Source: Octopus sinensis
Lineage: Eukaryota
DNA length: 64,000 bases
Direction of reading: 5' to 3'
Assembly (NCBI RefSeq): GCF_006345805.1
Contig: NC_042999.1
Location: 31,062,001 to 31,126,000 of the forward strand
Shown here: positions 39,501 through 53,551 of the stretch, piece after piece
Numbering within the stretch: the first letter of the stretch is position 1
Layout of the letters: every line of letters starts with the position of its first letter
Program-made: the position numbers and the translations under genes
Notes under the pieces: model-generated
Database searches by the model: none
The model's input: only the letters and a program-made list of their open reading frames with translations
Told to the model about the DNA's origin: nothing

Positions 39501-40885
39501 GAGAGATTTAATATATGACAAAACAATGGATACTCCTAGATTTTAACTACTTGAAAGGGCTGAAGTAAATTCTTGTCGAATTTTACTTTTGGAATTGCCG
39601 GATATGTAATGAGTGCCGTGAGCAGTTGAGGACGTAATATTGTTGTCAACATGATTTAATGCTAGATTATTTAGAATCTCCAGTCAATACACTGCACTAA
39701 CGGCAGCTGTGCACTTGATAAATGTTAACTGATTGTCAGAGAGATTTGAGGATTTACTATCAGATAAAGGTTATAGAGTGAAATGAACATAAGAAGATCT
39801 GAAACTATGATTCATAGACTACAAGTTAAATAGTTAAATGTTGTAGTAAGCATATAAGCTTTAGTTTTGGCAGACGTATTTCTTTTTCTTTCCGTTTCTT
39901 CTGTTTTCAAGTTATCATGCACAAATATTTCGAGATAACTACTCAAGCTGTATGTGCATTATATTGTTCTACTATTTTTAACTGTTTCAATTGTTGCACT
40001 GTAACAATGATGGGGGCATTGTTTGGAAGATTTCAGTCGATCAAATTTACTCAAGTACTTGGTACTTCTTTTTTAACGTTTGGCAGTTGTTCTATTGATA
40101 GTTTTTGAAGAACCCCAAATCACGAGAAAGTTAATATGCTATCCTCATTTGTGAAGCGGCACACACATACACACACACAAGCACACACACACACACACAC
40201 ACAGAAGCACACAAACACACAAGCACACACACAGAAGCACACAAACACACACACACAAGCACACACACACAAGCACACAAGCACACACACACACACACAA
40301 ATGGATTCCACCTAATTTCGGCGTATGTAATTCGCTCACAAATAATTTGTCAGTTCCACACTTCTGTAAAATCAAGTGCTCAGGGTAGTGTACAGTGGAA
40401 TTGAGCGCAAAACTGTTTAGTTTCAATGCAGTCTTCTTAATCACACAGCCATTCCTGCATCTGATGTTATGTTAATTGTGACATTCTTAATATCAGTGTT
40501 ACTCACACGGTTAGCGTGAGATAGATATTTCACATGTGTTGTTTATATCGAAATCTTCTCTTAACAACTCATTCTATTTTGAGCCTTAGGCAATCATACA
40601 CATTCTCTTGGACATGAAATTTCTAGAAACACATTTTAAAATTTGGGCTGTCGTCCTCGAGAGTCTAGGTAGTAATTTGAAGGACATTTAGCTTCTATTC
40701 TAGCTAGTGGACCAACTGTATACATATATATAAGTTGATATCTGTCAACGATACTCCATCTCCACTTCTCCTGTAGACACGCACAAACACACACTCATGC
40801 GCGCGTGCATAACATCGATAACTGAGATATGTTTCAATCAAAGATTGGCCCAGGCCATGCCTAACGTAATAGCACCACCATATAT

Positions 40886-40929
<44 letters not shown>

Positions 40930-40938
<9 letters not shown>

Positions 40939-41400
40939 GAGTTTAGTTTACTGATGATCTAAACCAATTTCTCTCACTCACTCATAACCCTCTTTCTCTT
41001 TGATCTCTTTACCTATGATGATGTCTATCTCTCTCACACTGTACACCTATGTGGATCATTTTTCGCACAAACTAACCACTTCATTTAATTCCTTCAATTT
41101 GAATAATACAACATTCAAAATACTGCCTGAATGTATCTAGGATTATACTTAAGAGGCCATACATTCACGGAGGTACGGTCTAAACATCACTCCCTCTGGA
41201 ACAACATGAACTGTGAACTTTATTCTCCTGTCTTTATTCTTCTATGTACTGTTTTATTCTTTTATATACTGTGAATTCTCGGTCTTGATATTTCCTGCAC
41301 ACACACCTCATCTCTGATGACGGAATACCTTGTGTATGGAGATGTTGACCCAATACCAGGGATATCCCGGAGACATATTGAAGACATTAATTACTTATAC
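40930..41400 (+). mobile_element. Penelope-like 3' end with dead hammerhead relic
   Basis: YGLN ORF-end relic; CTGATGA at 41314-41320 and mutated GAGAC at 41370. Confidence 0.5.
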
Positions 41401-41879
41401 TTCTCTATTTTGATTCACCTAACCTTATTAAATATTCTAACTAACCTGAGATAATTGCCCTGCCTTGGTTTTGTTTCCCATTTTACTTTAATATATATAG
41501 ATGAATGCATATATGCGTGTAACATAAATTTAGTAAACACATACACACACATACACACAGCACACGCATGCATCCACAATGTATACTGCTGAATGGCTTG
41601 ATTATCAAATTCATGAATAAAAGCACAGTTTACACTTTGATACTAAGCATCAGTAACGGAAAACGAAAGAAGAAAAATAAAAGCAAAACAAATAATACTA
41701 TAAAAAATGTGGACCTTAATATTTTCGGTAGTTGATTAGCTGCTTGTGAATTAATTGTTACTTGCCGTCTCGCTAGTCTTTATTGAAATGTATCTATATA
41801 AACTAAGGGTAGCTTATCCTGTTTACCGGAATGATATTCATCCCCACACGAAAAACTGTATATAGTTTAACGTGAATAA

Positions 41880-42720
41880 CTATATAGTAAAGATAAACTG
41901 GCGAAGAAGGTTCTCCTGTTAAAGAAGATTTTCAAACTGAAGTTATAAAACGATACGAACGTGGTGACAATAAAGGAAAGATTAGAGCAAGACTTGGGCA
42001 TGAATTAAGCAATAAATTTGCATTCTGTTTGTACACCTACTTTATTCCTACTGTTGATATGCACTATTTCTATTGTTTGTACGCATTTATGTTGAAATTT
42101 TCCACGAAAGATTAAGGGAATATGAAAGACTTTAAGGGGAAAAGTAAAGCTGCATTAATTTTAGGCTTGCTACAGCAATGTATTGAAGTAATAATATGAT
42201 TACAAATGGTTTTCCGTTAGAAGGTTCTAAACACAAACGAATTCCCCTAATTACCAAGACTATTGAAATGAAAGCTTTAAGTAACTTTTCTGCCAAGGAA
42301 AAGAACTTGATCTAAGAAATAAAAAAAACAAAATTTTTTTAAGAAAAGAAAAAAGTAATTCGAGCAGGAATCTAAAAACGCCCCTTTTACTATTAGTGAT
42401 TTGTGCAAAAAAGTCATAATTTTTCTTGAACATGATATCACTTTTACTGCAGATGTATCAATAGTTAATTGCTATTTTAAAATAAAGAACATTTGCGCAA
42501 ACAATTAAGTTTTCAACGAGAGAAAATGCAATTTCCTTGTTAAAATTTTGGGAACAATTAAATATAATAGATGCCATCGAAAATATTCATGAACCATGGG
42601 AAAAATTGAATAGAAGATGTATGAGAACAGTTTGGAATCATTACCACAATGTGTTAAGAAATTCGTTGAAACACCCACTCTTATTCCGACAAGAAGAAAA
42701 CACTCAAGAATTAGTTTAAC
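41880..42720 (+). mobile_element. Tigger/pogo transposase relic
   Basis: EVIKRYERGDNKGKI (psq HTH), KRIPLITKTIEMKAL (CENP-B HTH), LKFWEQLNIIDAIENIHEPWEKL (DDE_1 C-terminus). Confidence 0.75.
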
Positions 42721-43349
42721 TTTGGAAGTAACCTTGGTTTCCATGAAACATATTTTAAAGTTGTTTGTGATTTATGTGAATCGAATCAGGAATTATAAAC
42801 TGATCACACACTCCTTAATTTAGAACAACAACATACATATGAAGGTCATCAATATAGTTGAGGAAAACGAACAATGAATAAAAGAAATGGCAGTGAAATA
42901 TATTCATTTCGAATTTCAATTACTTGACAAATTTATGCAATTAAAACAATTGATGAAATTTAAATATGTTTTCTTTACTACAGAGAGAAAAGGACAGAGA
43001 CACATTAAGAAAAACATGAAATGGACTTCAAAGCGCCGCAGTTAAGTATTATGCAAATAAAAAAAATCAGAAAAATATCTCTCCTTGGTTTCCCTTATAA
43101 ATGAGTTTTGTTTCTGAAAACAAAACAAATCTCTGTTGTCATATATTTTTTATATCACAGAATATGTTCATGATATGGGATCAAGGTTCTTATTCAAGGC
43201 TTGCGAAGTTCAAGAAACAACGTCCAGAACAATAAATAATTATTGCTGCTTAAGAGAAGACAAGGAGGTTTCTCTTCATGATTTGGAGGCACGTGGCCGT
43301 AGTGTAAACAGCAACCGGCACACTGAAACAGCCAAACGGCTTAGAAAAG

Positions 43350-43407
<58 letters not shown>

Positions 43408-44057
43408 ATGGTTTGTTGAGTTAGAGGGTTAAAAATAACCGTATAAGGGAAAGAAGTATCCATTACACTACCAGTATATTACCTATATTTAACCATGGAA
43501 ATTCACATGCAAACATGTTATGTTCATAAGTTATAGGTTAAGGCAAAAATAAACATGGATTTATCAAGAATCCAAATTTAAAACTACAGAAAATGGAGAA
43601 GTACTGATTAAGAACAACTGACTTACATCAATTATTATTTATTAATTCATTACAAATACACAGCATCCCATCTAACAGCTATTTCTGCTTCCAATGTCTC
43701 ATGGTATTGCCATTGATATTCAAAATATGTAAAAATATTTATCATATTTGGTAATAAAACCGATATTAAACAAGGAGCTTCATCAGAGTTAGAAAGAAAT
43801 AGCGAAGAATGGCTTAGAAAAGAATAAAGTTGAAAACTGAAAATGGCTGATATACCATTTTGCTTCGTGTCTCTTTGGGCGTTAAGTCTTTTACTTAACG
43901 GCCCAAAGAGTCACGCGTATTACATATAACACTGGAAGCAGAAGCTGCTATTAAATGGGATGTAGTCTATTTGCATGGAATTAATAAATAATAATTGATG
44001 TAAGTTAATTGTTGTTAATCAGGACTTCTCCATTTTATGTTTTCTTTATATATATAT

Positions 44058-44488
<431 letters not shown>

Positions 44489-44492
44489 AGAG

Positions 44493-44526
<34 letters not shown>

Positions 44527-44869
44527 GGATAAATTGTTATACATGCGTATATATATGTATTTGAATACATTCATACACACTCACTCAATCACATACCCAA
44601 AATTATACTTATACACACACATATATAAGTGTTGTTTATAAATCACCTTTGCAATTTCGAAAGTTTTGAGAGAAAGGAAAATAAGGATAAGTCAGTAGAG
44701 TTTTATTGGCATACAAATTAAGTTTTATTAGAAATATCAGAATGCTTTCATGTTGACTCTATTGTTTGCACGCTGCACATTTAGACGATTCGATATAATA
44801 TATTGTGCAAGTTGTAAAGGTAATTTATAAATACACTGTATATTTATATAAGCGTATACAAGCTTGTAT

Positions 44870-45032
44870 AGGCACGGGTGTGGCTGTGTGTTAAGAAGCT
44901 TTCTTCACAACCATATGGTTCTGGATTCAGTCTACTGCGCGGCATCTTGGTTAAGTGTCTTTTAGTATAGCCGCGGGCTGACCAAAGCCTTGTGAGTGGA
45001 TTTGGTAGACAGAAACTGAAAGAAGCCTATCG

Positions 45033-45070
<38 letters not shown>

Positions 45071-45300
45071 CGTGTGTGTGTGTATGCGTGTGTGTATGTG
45101 TGTGTGAGTGTGAATGCCTTTGTCCCCCACCACGGATTTGTTACTGTGTTTACGTCCCAGTAACTTAGCTGTTTGGTAAAAGAGAGTGATATAAGAAGTA
45201 CCAGGTTTTAAAATAATAGTTATTTGATCGATTCACTCGGCTAAAAGTTATTTAAGAGGGTGCCTCTACATGGCTGATATCTAATGACTGAAACATGCCA
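44870..45300 (+). mobile_element. SINE family A, older degenerate copy
   Basis: Diverged match across head, core and tail. Confidence 0.75.
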
Positions 45301-45581
45301 AACGAATATTAAAAAGAAAAGTTCGTACGTTGTTTTCTGTGTTATAAAATAGAAAAGAAACTGACAATATTCAGCATGTATAAGTTAGCAAATTCAGTCG
45401 ATTATTGTCCCCTTAGTGATAGTCAAGGTAATGAATAAACGCAATAAATTATATTGTTTTCTCCACTCGTTCAGCAGAGAAGCTCTTACATTGAGAAGCT
45501 CTTACACACTTCTCTACTTATTTCTTTCTGGTTGTTATCCGAATCTGACCTTACTTTTCCAGATAGACATTCATTGATATC

Positions 45582-46014
45582 TATTTCTTTACTACCCACA
45601 AGGGGATAAACATAGACTGGACAAACAAGGACAGACAAAGGGATTAAGTCGATTACATCGACTACAGTGCGTAACTGGTGCTTAATTTATCGACCCTGAA
45701 AGGATGAAAGGCAATGTCGACCTCGGTGGAATTTGAACTCAGAAAGTAACAGCAGACGAAATACCTATTTCTTTACAACCCACAAGGGGCTAAACACAGA
45801 GAGGACAAACAAGGACAGACAAACGAATTAAGTCGATTATATCGACCCCATTGCGTAACTAGTACTTGTTTAATCGACCCCGAAAGAATGAAAGGTAAAG
45901 TCGTCTTCGGCGGAATTTGAACTCACAACGTTGCAACAGGCGAAATACTGCAAAGCATTTCGTCCGGCATTTCGTCCGGCATTTCGTCCGTAGCGCTTCA
46001 GCCAGCTCGCCGCC
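45582..46014 (-). mobile_element. SINE family B with duplicated 3' half and 23-bp target-site duplication
   Basis: Flanks CCAGATAGACATTCA(T/A)TGATATC at 45559-45581 and 46017-46039. Confidence 0.88.
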
Positions 46015-46114
46015 ATCCAGATAGACATTCAATGATATCGACTGAGGATGCATAGACAATCTACATGAAAAACATACATTTTTTAATATATATACGTAAG
46101 TGTATATACAAACC

Positions 46115-46146
<32 letters not shown>

Positions 46147-46627
46147 TGTATGTATGTATGTATGTATGTATGTATGTATGTATGTATGTATGTATATATG
46201 TATGTATGTATGTATTTGTATGTATGTATGTATGTATAACTATACACGAAATGGAACTATACACTTCTCATATAATTCTAGAAGTGTGAAAATATTCACC
46301 GCTCAAAAGGAACTTGATCACATTAGATCCAATATCTGTCTCTCTGTTGGTCTTTCTGCTCACATAACTGTCTGTCTACCTATCTTTAGTTTTTCTGAAG
46401 ATCTCTTCCTATGGCAAAAAATGTCGCTTTGATATGGTGGTTCAACCTGCTATACAGAGCAATCTAATTATAACATGGAATTTTATCGTTTTAAAACGTT
46501 CTGAAGTATTCTTAGATGGCCTGTTTTATTTTTTTTTAATAAAAAGAAGACAAGCCGGTCGAAACTGTGGTCCCCTCGTTCGTAAGTTTGCTCGATCAAG
46601 GCCACTTGGTTAAAAAGAAGAGCAACA

Positions 46628-46670
<43 letters not shown>

Positions 46671-46673
46671 TAA

Positions 46674-46705
<32 letters not shown>

Positions 46706-46788
46706 ACTACTACTACTACTACTACTTCTACTACTATAACTACTACTGTTGCTGCTGCTGCTACTACTACTACTACTACTACTACTAT

Positions 46789-46846
<58 letters not shown>

Positions 46847-47548
46847 ATCGCTCTGCAAATCATATAAATATAAAATCTAAAACAACTACATTAATGAAGA
46901 TCTCCCGTGGCAGATCATCCGTTGTTTTCGACATTGAACATTCAGTTGTGTTTTCAACCAATCATCCAGTCCTAGAAATTAACCTGTAATGGGCAAAGTA
47001 TTCCATAGATACGCCTGCTGTTTGCTTAGCTCTCATACAGAGTCGGCATGACACAGCATGATAAGGATATATGTTAGCAGTACAGCTACTTTTTTAAAAT
47101 ATAAGCTCCTCGCTAGTTTCCGTCCACCTAATTTCATTCAAAGTTTATATATCGATCCAATTACATAGAAAATGATACATGTTTAAAATGCTACGTAGAG
47201 GGATCGAACGTGACATTTTTTGATCGCTTCAGCACTGTCCCTTATATCATCCTTAATAGGTATGTCAACATCAATAATGATAATGAGAAAAATAAGAGCA
47301 AAAACAACAACAACAACAATATTAGTAATGATGATAATATTAATATTAATAATAACAATAATAATAATAAAAATATTAGTAATAACAACAACAATAATAA
47401 TAATAATGACAATAATAATAATAATAAAATGATCATAATCATCATCTTACTCATCATCATCATCATCACTATTATTATTATTATTATTATTATTATTGTT
47501 ACTATTATTAATTATTATTATTATATTATTATTATTTTATTATTATTA

Positions 47549-47598
<50 letters not shown>

Positions 47599-48664
47599 GT
47601 ACTATTAATATTTTTCGGTTTTTTTTTCTTCCAAACATCCATTTGAAAATATAACTCCGGCGATGTTCTTGAAATTTCCTGTACAGCATCTATAGATTAT
47701 TTTACAGGAATAATTTGCCATCTTCAAGTATTCTTAGATGTTGCTCCTTCCTCCATTTATTTCTCTTCCCACTTACATTTCAATAAATTATAAATGTGAT
47801 GATTTCTGAATTAAATATTTTATTCATTTATTTATTTTTTTTGTCTCAAGAATATCTAAGAGCAGTTTTGATCCATCTTTGTCTGAATTTTTTCATTGAT
47901 TTCAATTGATTTCAATAGAAAAATGATCACTTCAGAAATATCCCATTCCTCATTAAGTGATCTCATCGAGTTTGATTTTAAATTGATTCGAAAAATTTCA
48001 ATATGTTTTTTTTTTTCTTTTCAGCAGAAAATTTTCATCTCCAATTTTTATTGATTTCTGTTCTTCATCCGAGAATCATTTCTATATTTCTGAATGTGTG
48101 CAAATGTTTAATAGGTGAAGTAAAATGGCGATACCGTTGAATGTTTCTTACTTGTTGTTTAGCCCCAGGTTAACTCTGATCGAGTAAATTTTGATCATCT
48201 GTCACCCTTCTGTTTATTTGAACATCTAAGACTACATACCCCGTGTACCCTTTTTGAAATACAATCCGTTGTCTTACGAAATAGATTTAGCTGCAATTTC
48301 TAACAAGTAGCTCTTTAAAGAATTACAACAGCAGTGTCCATAGGCGTAAAAATAATTCATGTTTGACAAGGAAAATATTTTAATAACTAAATAAAAAATA
48401 TTTAAAATGTGGAAATGGTTGACGTATATCGATTGACACGATTTGTTTCGATAATACAGAATATAATCAATCTATCACACGTTTTAACACTGGGGTGCTT
48501 GAAACAGTGTCCACGTTTTGCAAGCATTCAGACCAAAACCCGGCTTGTGTGTAAGAAAATGTTTTAGTATAACTCTGACTACTAGGAGGCACTATAAAGA
48601 TTCATAGACTCTATAAGTTATACAAACCCACATTCACACACATATATATCTGTTTGTGTAAGCA

Positions 48665-48727
<63 letters not shown>

Positions 48728-48854
48728 CGAACACACAAGTGCAAACAAGGGAGTCAGAGAAAGGCAGAATGCCACTTAAATCTGAACACTACTATAGAAA
48801 TATTCTTTTAAAAAAACTTTTCTTCTAATTTTTCTAAATTTAATTATTTAATCG

Positions 48855-48898
48855 TTACAGTTGAAAAGGTCTCAAAATGACCGAAACCGGTACTGAAA
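48855..48898 (+). ncRNA. Minimal type I hammerhead ribozyme, U3-A8 covariant core
   Basis: UUACAG UUGAAAA GGUC ucaaaau GACC GAAAC CG GUA CUGAAA; palindromic ACCGGU stem III; lies in a segment flanked by (TA)n. Confidence 0.7.
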
Positions 48899-49068
48899 TG
48901 TTCACTATAAAATTATTTTAGCATTTTCTATTTTTTACTTGTTTTTTCATATATATATATATATATATTAATAAATTTTAGGGTAGCAAAAACATTCTAG
49001 AAAAATTCTCCGCTACCAGCGGTCAAGTGAGAAAGATAAAATAGTCAATAGACTATGCAATATACATT

Positions 49069-49246
49069 CAAACATATAAGAGAAGGTCATAATAGGACAT
49101 CTGACTCACTAGAAAGAGCAGTTTACCCTACGGTAAACGTTTTTATTTCTCTTTCCATTTCAGAATTACAACTATTAGTGGTTTGGAGTTTAACTGCTCT
49201 TTCTAGTGAGTCAGATGTCCTATTATGGCCATCTCTTATATGTTTG
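49069..49246. mobile_element. MITE-like inverted repeat, 57-bp arms
   Basis: Arms 49069-49125 and 49190-49246, 3 mismatches; TA-rich flanks. Confidence 0.75.
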
Positions 49247-49254
49247 TATATATA

Positions 49255-49430
49255 TATTCTTTACTTGTTTCAGTCATTAGACTGCGGTCATACTGGGGCA
49301 CCACCTTCAAACCTTTTAGTCGAACGAATCTACCGAAGTACTTATTTTTTAAATCTGAAACTTATTCTCTCGAATCTTTTTCCGAACCGCTAGGTTAGCA
49401 GCAGTTTTTGTCAAGCGGTGGAGGGCACAT
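49255..49430 (-). mobile_element. SINE family A, 3' fragment
   Basis: ttacttgtttcagtcatt...ccgaaccgcta matches the family A tail. Confidence 0.65.
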
Positions 49431-50620
49431 ACATACGTGTGTGTGTGTGCGTCCGTGTGTGTGTGTGTATGTGTGTGTTTGTGAGTGTGTGTGTGTGTGT
49501 CTGCGTGCTTCGTACGGTAAAAATATATCGGCATTTTATTTATAATTTCCATTTATCAGCTGGTCCCATATATTTCATCCTTAACAACTGGGATCAAAAA
49601 TACAGGGGAAAATCATTCATTTGGTCTAACATACCCGCAGCCTCTCGATCCGCAACAAATAGCAGCAAAAATCTATCATAATGTATTTCGTTTTGTAAGG
49701 AAAGAACACATTGCGTAATGTTATTCTCTATAAGCATTAATACCAAAAACTATTTATGATTATGTATGAATCGTCTGTCGAAACGATTGCTTCTTGGCAT
49801 TCGATTGACTACGTGCTGGAATTGTCTTTGATTAAAGTTGTCCTGGAGCTAAATAACATGAACAAGAACTACAACAACAGCAATAGCTAGATATAAATAT
49901 TTATTCTAGTTTAAAACGTGATCTCTACTTATTAGATTTAAATTAGATTCACTGCGCCAATGTTTGTTTTAGTTGCCGGTGTTATATGAATATAAGAACA
50001 TCAAGTTTTCTAAAGGTTTACGGTTTATAATATTGCAAATCGAAATACAAAATATGAAGTGAAATACAGAATTCTGAAGAAGACCATCGTTTGCTATCCA
50101 GCTGGTGTCGTGACATATACGTAATTTACACTCCAGTTTTGTTTAGGCAGCTGGTCGTTGGATACATTAGTGGAGTCTACTCTACGACTAGCAATAGCGA
50201 CGGGATTTTGGTTTTAGAGTAATTTGATATAATGATGCGTGGTTCGGTAATAAATCAAACGTTGGATTGTAGTTTCCTACTCATAGTCATGATTCTAACT
50301 TTGATAATTATTAAAGATTAATAGGAAATGCTATTACGTTTGAGGGAAATATATGAAAATAAGCCCGCGGAATACATAATAAATATTTAATTACATCTTT
50401 ATATGTTTTTAATTGGACTCTGCCAGTAGAAATAAGACCGTTTGTATAGAACGCAGTTAAGATCAGAATACGAAGCATATTAAGTTGTACGTGTTCTTCT
50501 GTACGACAAAATATTTGCAATTTAAGATAATTATAAAACAATCTGTTATTGTCACAATAAATACACCAGTGTCCTGTTTACATATGTATGGCATCACTTT
50601 GTGTGTGATTTTATACACAA

Positions 50621-50665
<45 letters not shown>

Positions 50666-50667
<2 letters not shown>

Positions 50668-51246
50668 ACGGGTACCCAAAAGTAAACGGTTACGTTTTCT
50701 GTTGGATAAGCCAGTTGTAGTTCTGGCTTTCGCCGCTGGAAGCCACTTGAAGTGATCCTCACGCATCAGTTTGCCAACCGGTGTCGTCGAGTGATGTCGT
50801 ACTGCCATACGGTGTATTTTTGCTTTGCAGTGCTTCTACCCTGTTCGTTGATTTTTTCAATGGTTAAAACAAAGGAAAAGCGTGCTTTCATGACTTTCTG
50901 TTTTCTGCTGAGGAGAACGGAGGCCGAAACAGTTGTCATACTTGAAACAGCTTACAAGGAAGCTGCCATGAACAAAACGCAAGTTTTTCTGTTCCCCTGT
51001 ATGAAGAGAGACCTTAAAGGTAAAAGTTTTGAAGATGTGGAAGAAGTTAAGAAATTAAATCGACGGAGGCGTTAAAAAGTATCACTTCACTAGGGCTCCA
51101 GGATCGCTTCGAAAGGTGAAAAACGCGTCTGGACTGATTCATTGCTTCAAATGGGGAACACTTGGAAGGCGATAAAAATGTAAACATGTAAGCTAAGTAA
51201 ATAAAATAATATTTCAGAATTCCGTTTTCTCTGGGGTAAATCCTCG
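50666..51246 (+). mobile_element. Internally deleted mariner-like element
   Basis: KEKRAFMTFCFLL...AETVVILETAYKEAAMNKTQVF (mariner HTH) fused directly to LFPCMKRDLKGKSFEDVEEVK (C-terminus); imperfect TIRs. Confidence 0.8.
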
Positions 51247-51284
51247 TGTGTGTGTGTGCATAATTATATATATATATATATATT

Positions 51285-51558
51285 GAGCCCTCCTTCGGTC
51301 ATGACTGACTGTGGGATTGCACCCAGAATGTTACCCTCCCAGGGACAAGTCCGGGCAAGGTTGTTTATGGCAGACCAGCAACGGCCAATACAGCTTGGCA
51401 CCTGTGACGTCGCAACTCATATCTACAGCTGAGTGAACTGCAGCAACGTGAAATAAAGTGTCGTGCTCAAGAGCACAACACGCAGCCCGGTCCGGGATTC
51501 GAGCTCACAACCTCACGATCGTAAGCTAGACGCTCTCACCACTGAGCCACGCGCCTTC
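51285..51558 (-). mobile_element. tRNA-derived SINE family D
   Basis: GGCGCGTGGCTCAGTGG A-box, GCTCGAATCCC B-box, TTGAGCACGACACTTTATTTCACG core. Confidence 0.85.
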
Positions 51559-51714
51559 ACATGGAGGGTCAAAATTGGTCACACAAACAGGACAGTGAAA
51601 ACAAGCAGGATTGAGGTTGTGGTGGCGAACGCGTAAATCAAGCTAGGACGGGAAACAAACCAGAACACATTTTTTGTTCCAGCTACAACGGCGAGAAAGA
51701 AATAAAGTCGATGA

Positions 51715-51733
51715 TCACGTGGGAGCCACGTGA
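51715..51733. promoter_or_regulatory. Candidate paired E-box (TCACGTGG-GAG-CCACGTGA)
   Basis: Two CACGTG hexamers 11 bp apart in a perfect 8-bp inverted repeat, in apparently unique sequence; function untested. Confidence 0.3.
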
Positions 51734-51951
51734 GAAATGGAGGAGGAGGGGTGAGGGAGGGAGAGTGACAGAGTAATAGAATAAGAATAGTGGGAGGAGG
51801 AGAGATAAAAGAATAAGATAGAAAAAAGAGTAAAATGAAGTAAAACGATCTTATAGATTACACGTTAATTATTAAGATAAAATTTACTTGGAAGAGGATG
51901 CGTGGCGTTCAATCATATAATAATATGAATAACACACACACACACACACAC

Positions 51952-52018
<67 letters not shown>

Positions 52019-52139
52019 ATATGTATATATATATATACATGTAATTATTATTTGAGGGAATGAAATCCAAACTTACAAGGAAAAAGAATTCAATTAAGAA
52101 ATACTAAATCAAATTCCACACAATATAATATATATATAA

Positions 52140-52357
52140 AATGTTAGAAAAAAAGACCTTTTAACAATTTAAAATGAATAATTAGATTACACCATCTACA
52201 AAATTACATATAATAGAAAAGTTAAAATTGAAATAACAATTATATAGTAAATTAAAAATTGTTATTTTAATTTTAACTTTTCTATTATATGTAATTTTCT
52301 AGATGGTGTAATTCATTTATTCATTTGGAATTGATAAAAGGTGGTTTTTCCTAATAT

Positions 52358-52360
<3 letters not shown>
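52140..52360. repeat. AT-rich long inverted repeat
   Basis: Core arms about 52172-52241 and 52257-52325 are complementary; weaker complementarity extends outward. Confidence 0.75.
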
Positions 52361-52408
<48 letters not shown>

Positions 52409-53551
52409 GTATATGTATATGACTGCATTGTACATCAAAGATGGGTATATATAATGCAAAATTATTATTGTCATAGGCATTTTTATTGCATTAACGACAG
52501 ATATCCGAAACCTTGAAAATTTTAAAAGCAATCTAGATTTCTAACCTCTTGAGCAAATATTAGAGTACTTAGTTTATGTAATCACCACACACCGAAACGT
52601 CTGTATATATATTATTATTATTTTTTGTGTCTGAGATAATAATTTACCATAGCAAGAAAAGGAAAACTTAGGATATCAGCGAACCTTTTTACAATATTTA
52701 ATAGTTGTTTGATTTAGTGAGCAATAGTTTTGACATTTAAATAGTTGTTGTCTGTCACGTTTCGTAGAAGTTTGCCTTTGCTCTGCGTATATCTACGGCA
52801 TTGCGTTTGAATTATAGTTCTAGAAATAACTCTGCTTGTTGGTGGAAAATACACAGACACTTTGGTAATAAATAATTACCAACATATCTCTTCGTGGTAA
52901 AATAGAGAAGATAAGGTAAATTCGTTCTGGCGCGCTCACGTGTGTGTTTGTGTGCGTGTGTGGTTGTATGTGTGTGTTGTATGTGCGCGTGTGTGCAGTG
53001 TGTGAATATTAGAGAATTTATAGAAATATATATATATTTTGCCATATTTGGAAATATTATTAGAAACAATATTATCATTAACTTTCAGTGATTAATATAT
53101 TTCCTCCCAGATGACTTGATCAATAAACAATGAAATGTTAAATGTCGAAGTGGTTATTAAGTTTGATACTGCTCTCACTCCCTCTCTTTCAGATAATATA
53201 AATATGTGTGTGTATATACATACATTTATACACACACATACATTTTTATACATATACACTAAATAAATATCTTGGAACATAATATATCTTGTGTCTCACG
53301 CATGATAGTATAACGTACATTCATTATGGTTTTCTGAAATATTATCAGAGAAAATATATTTCCACTATTGACTGCCTTTATGTTTTTGTCTAGGTTTTGA
53401 TATAACTCATGAAACGGGGGTACATGTCGCTTCAATGTGCAAGTTTGTGGGTGCGGTTACTCTCTCTGCATGAAGCTGTGTATACCATAATCAATATATG
53501 TGGCTTAAGTGACTGAAACTTCGAAGTCAACAACATTCTTGTTTAAGAATA

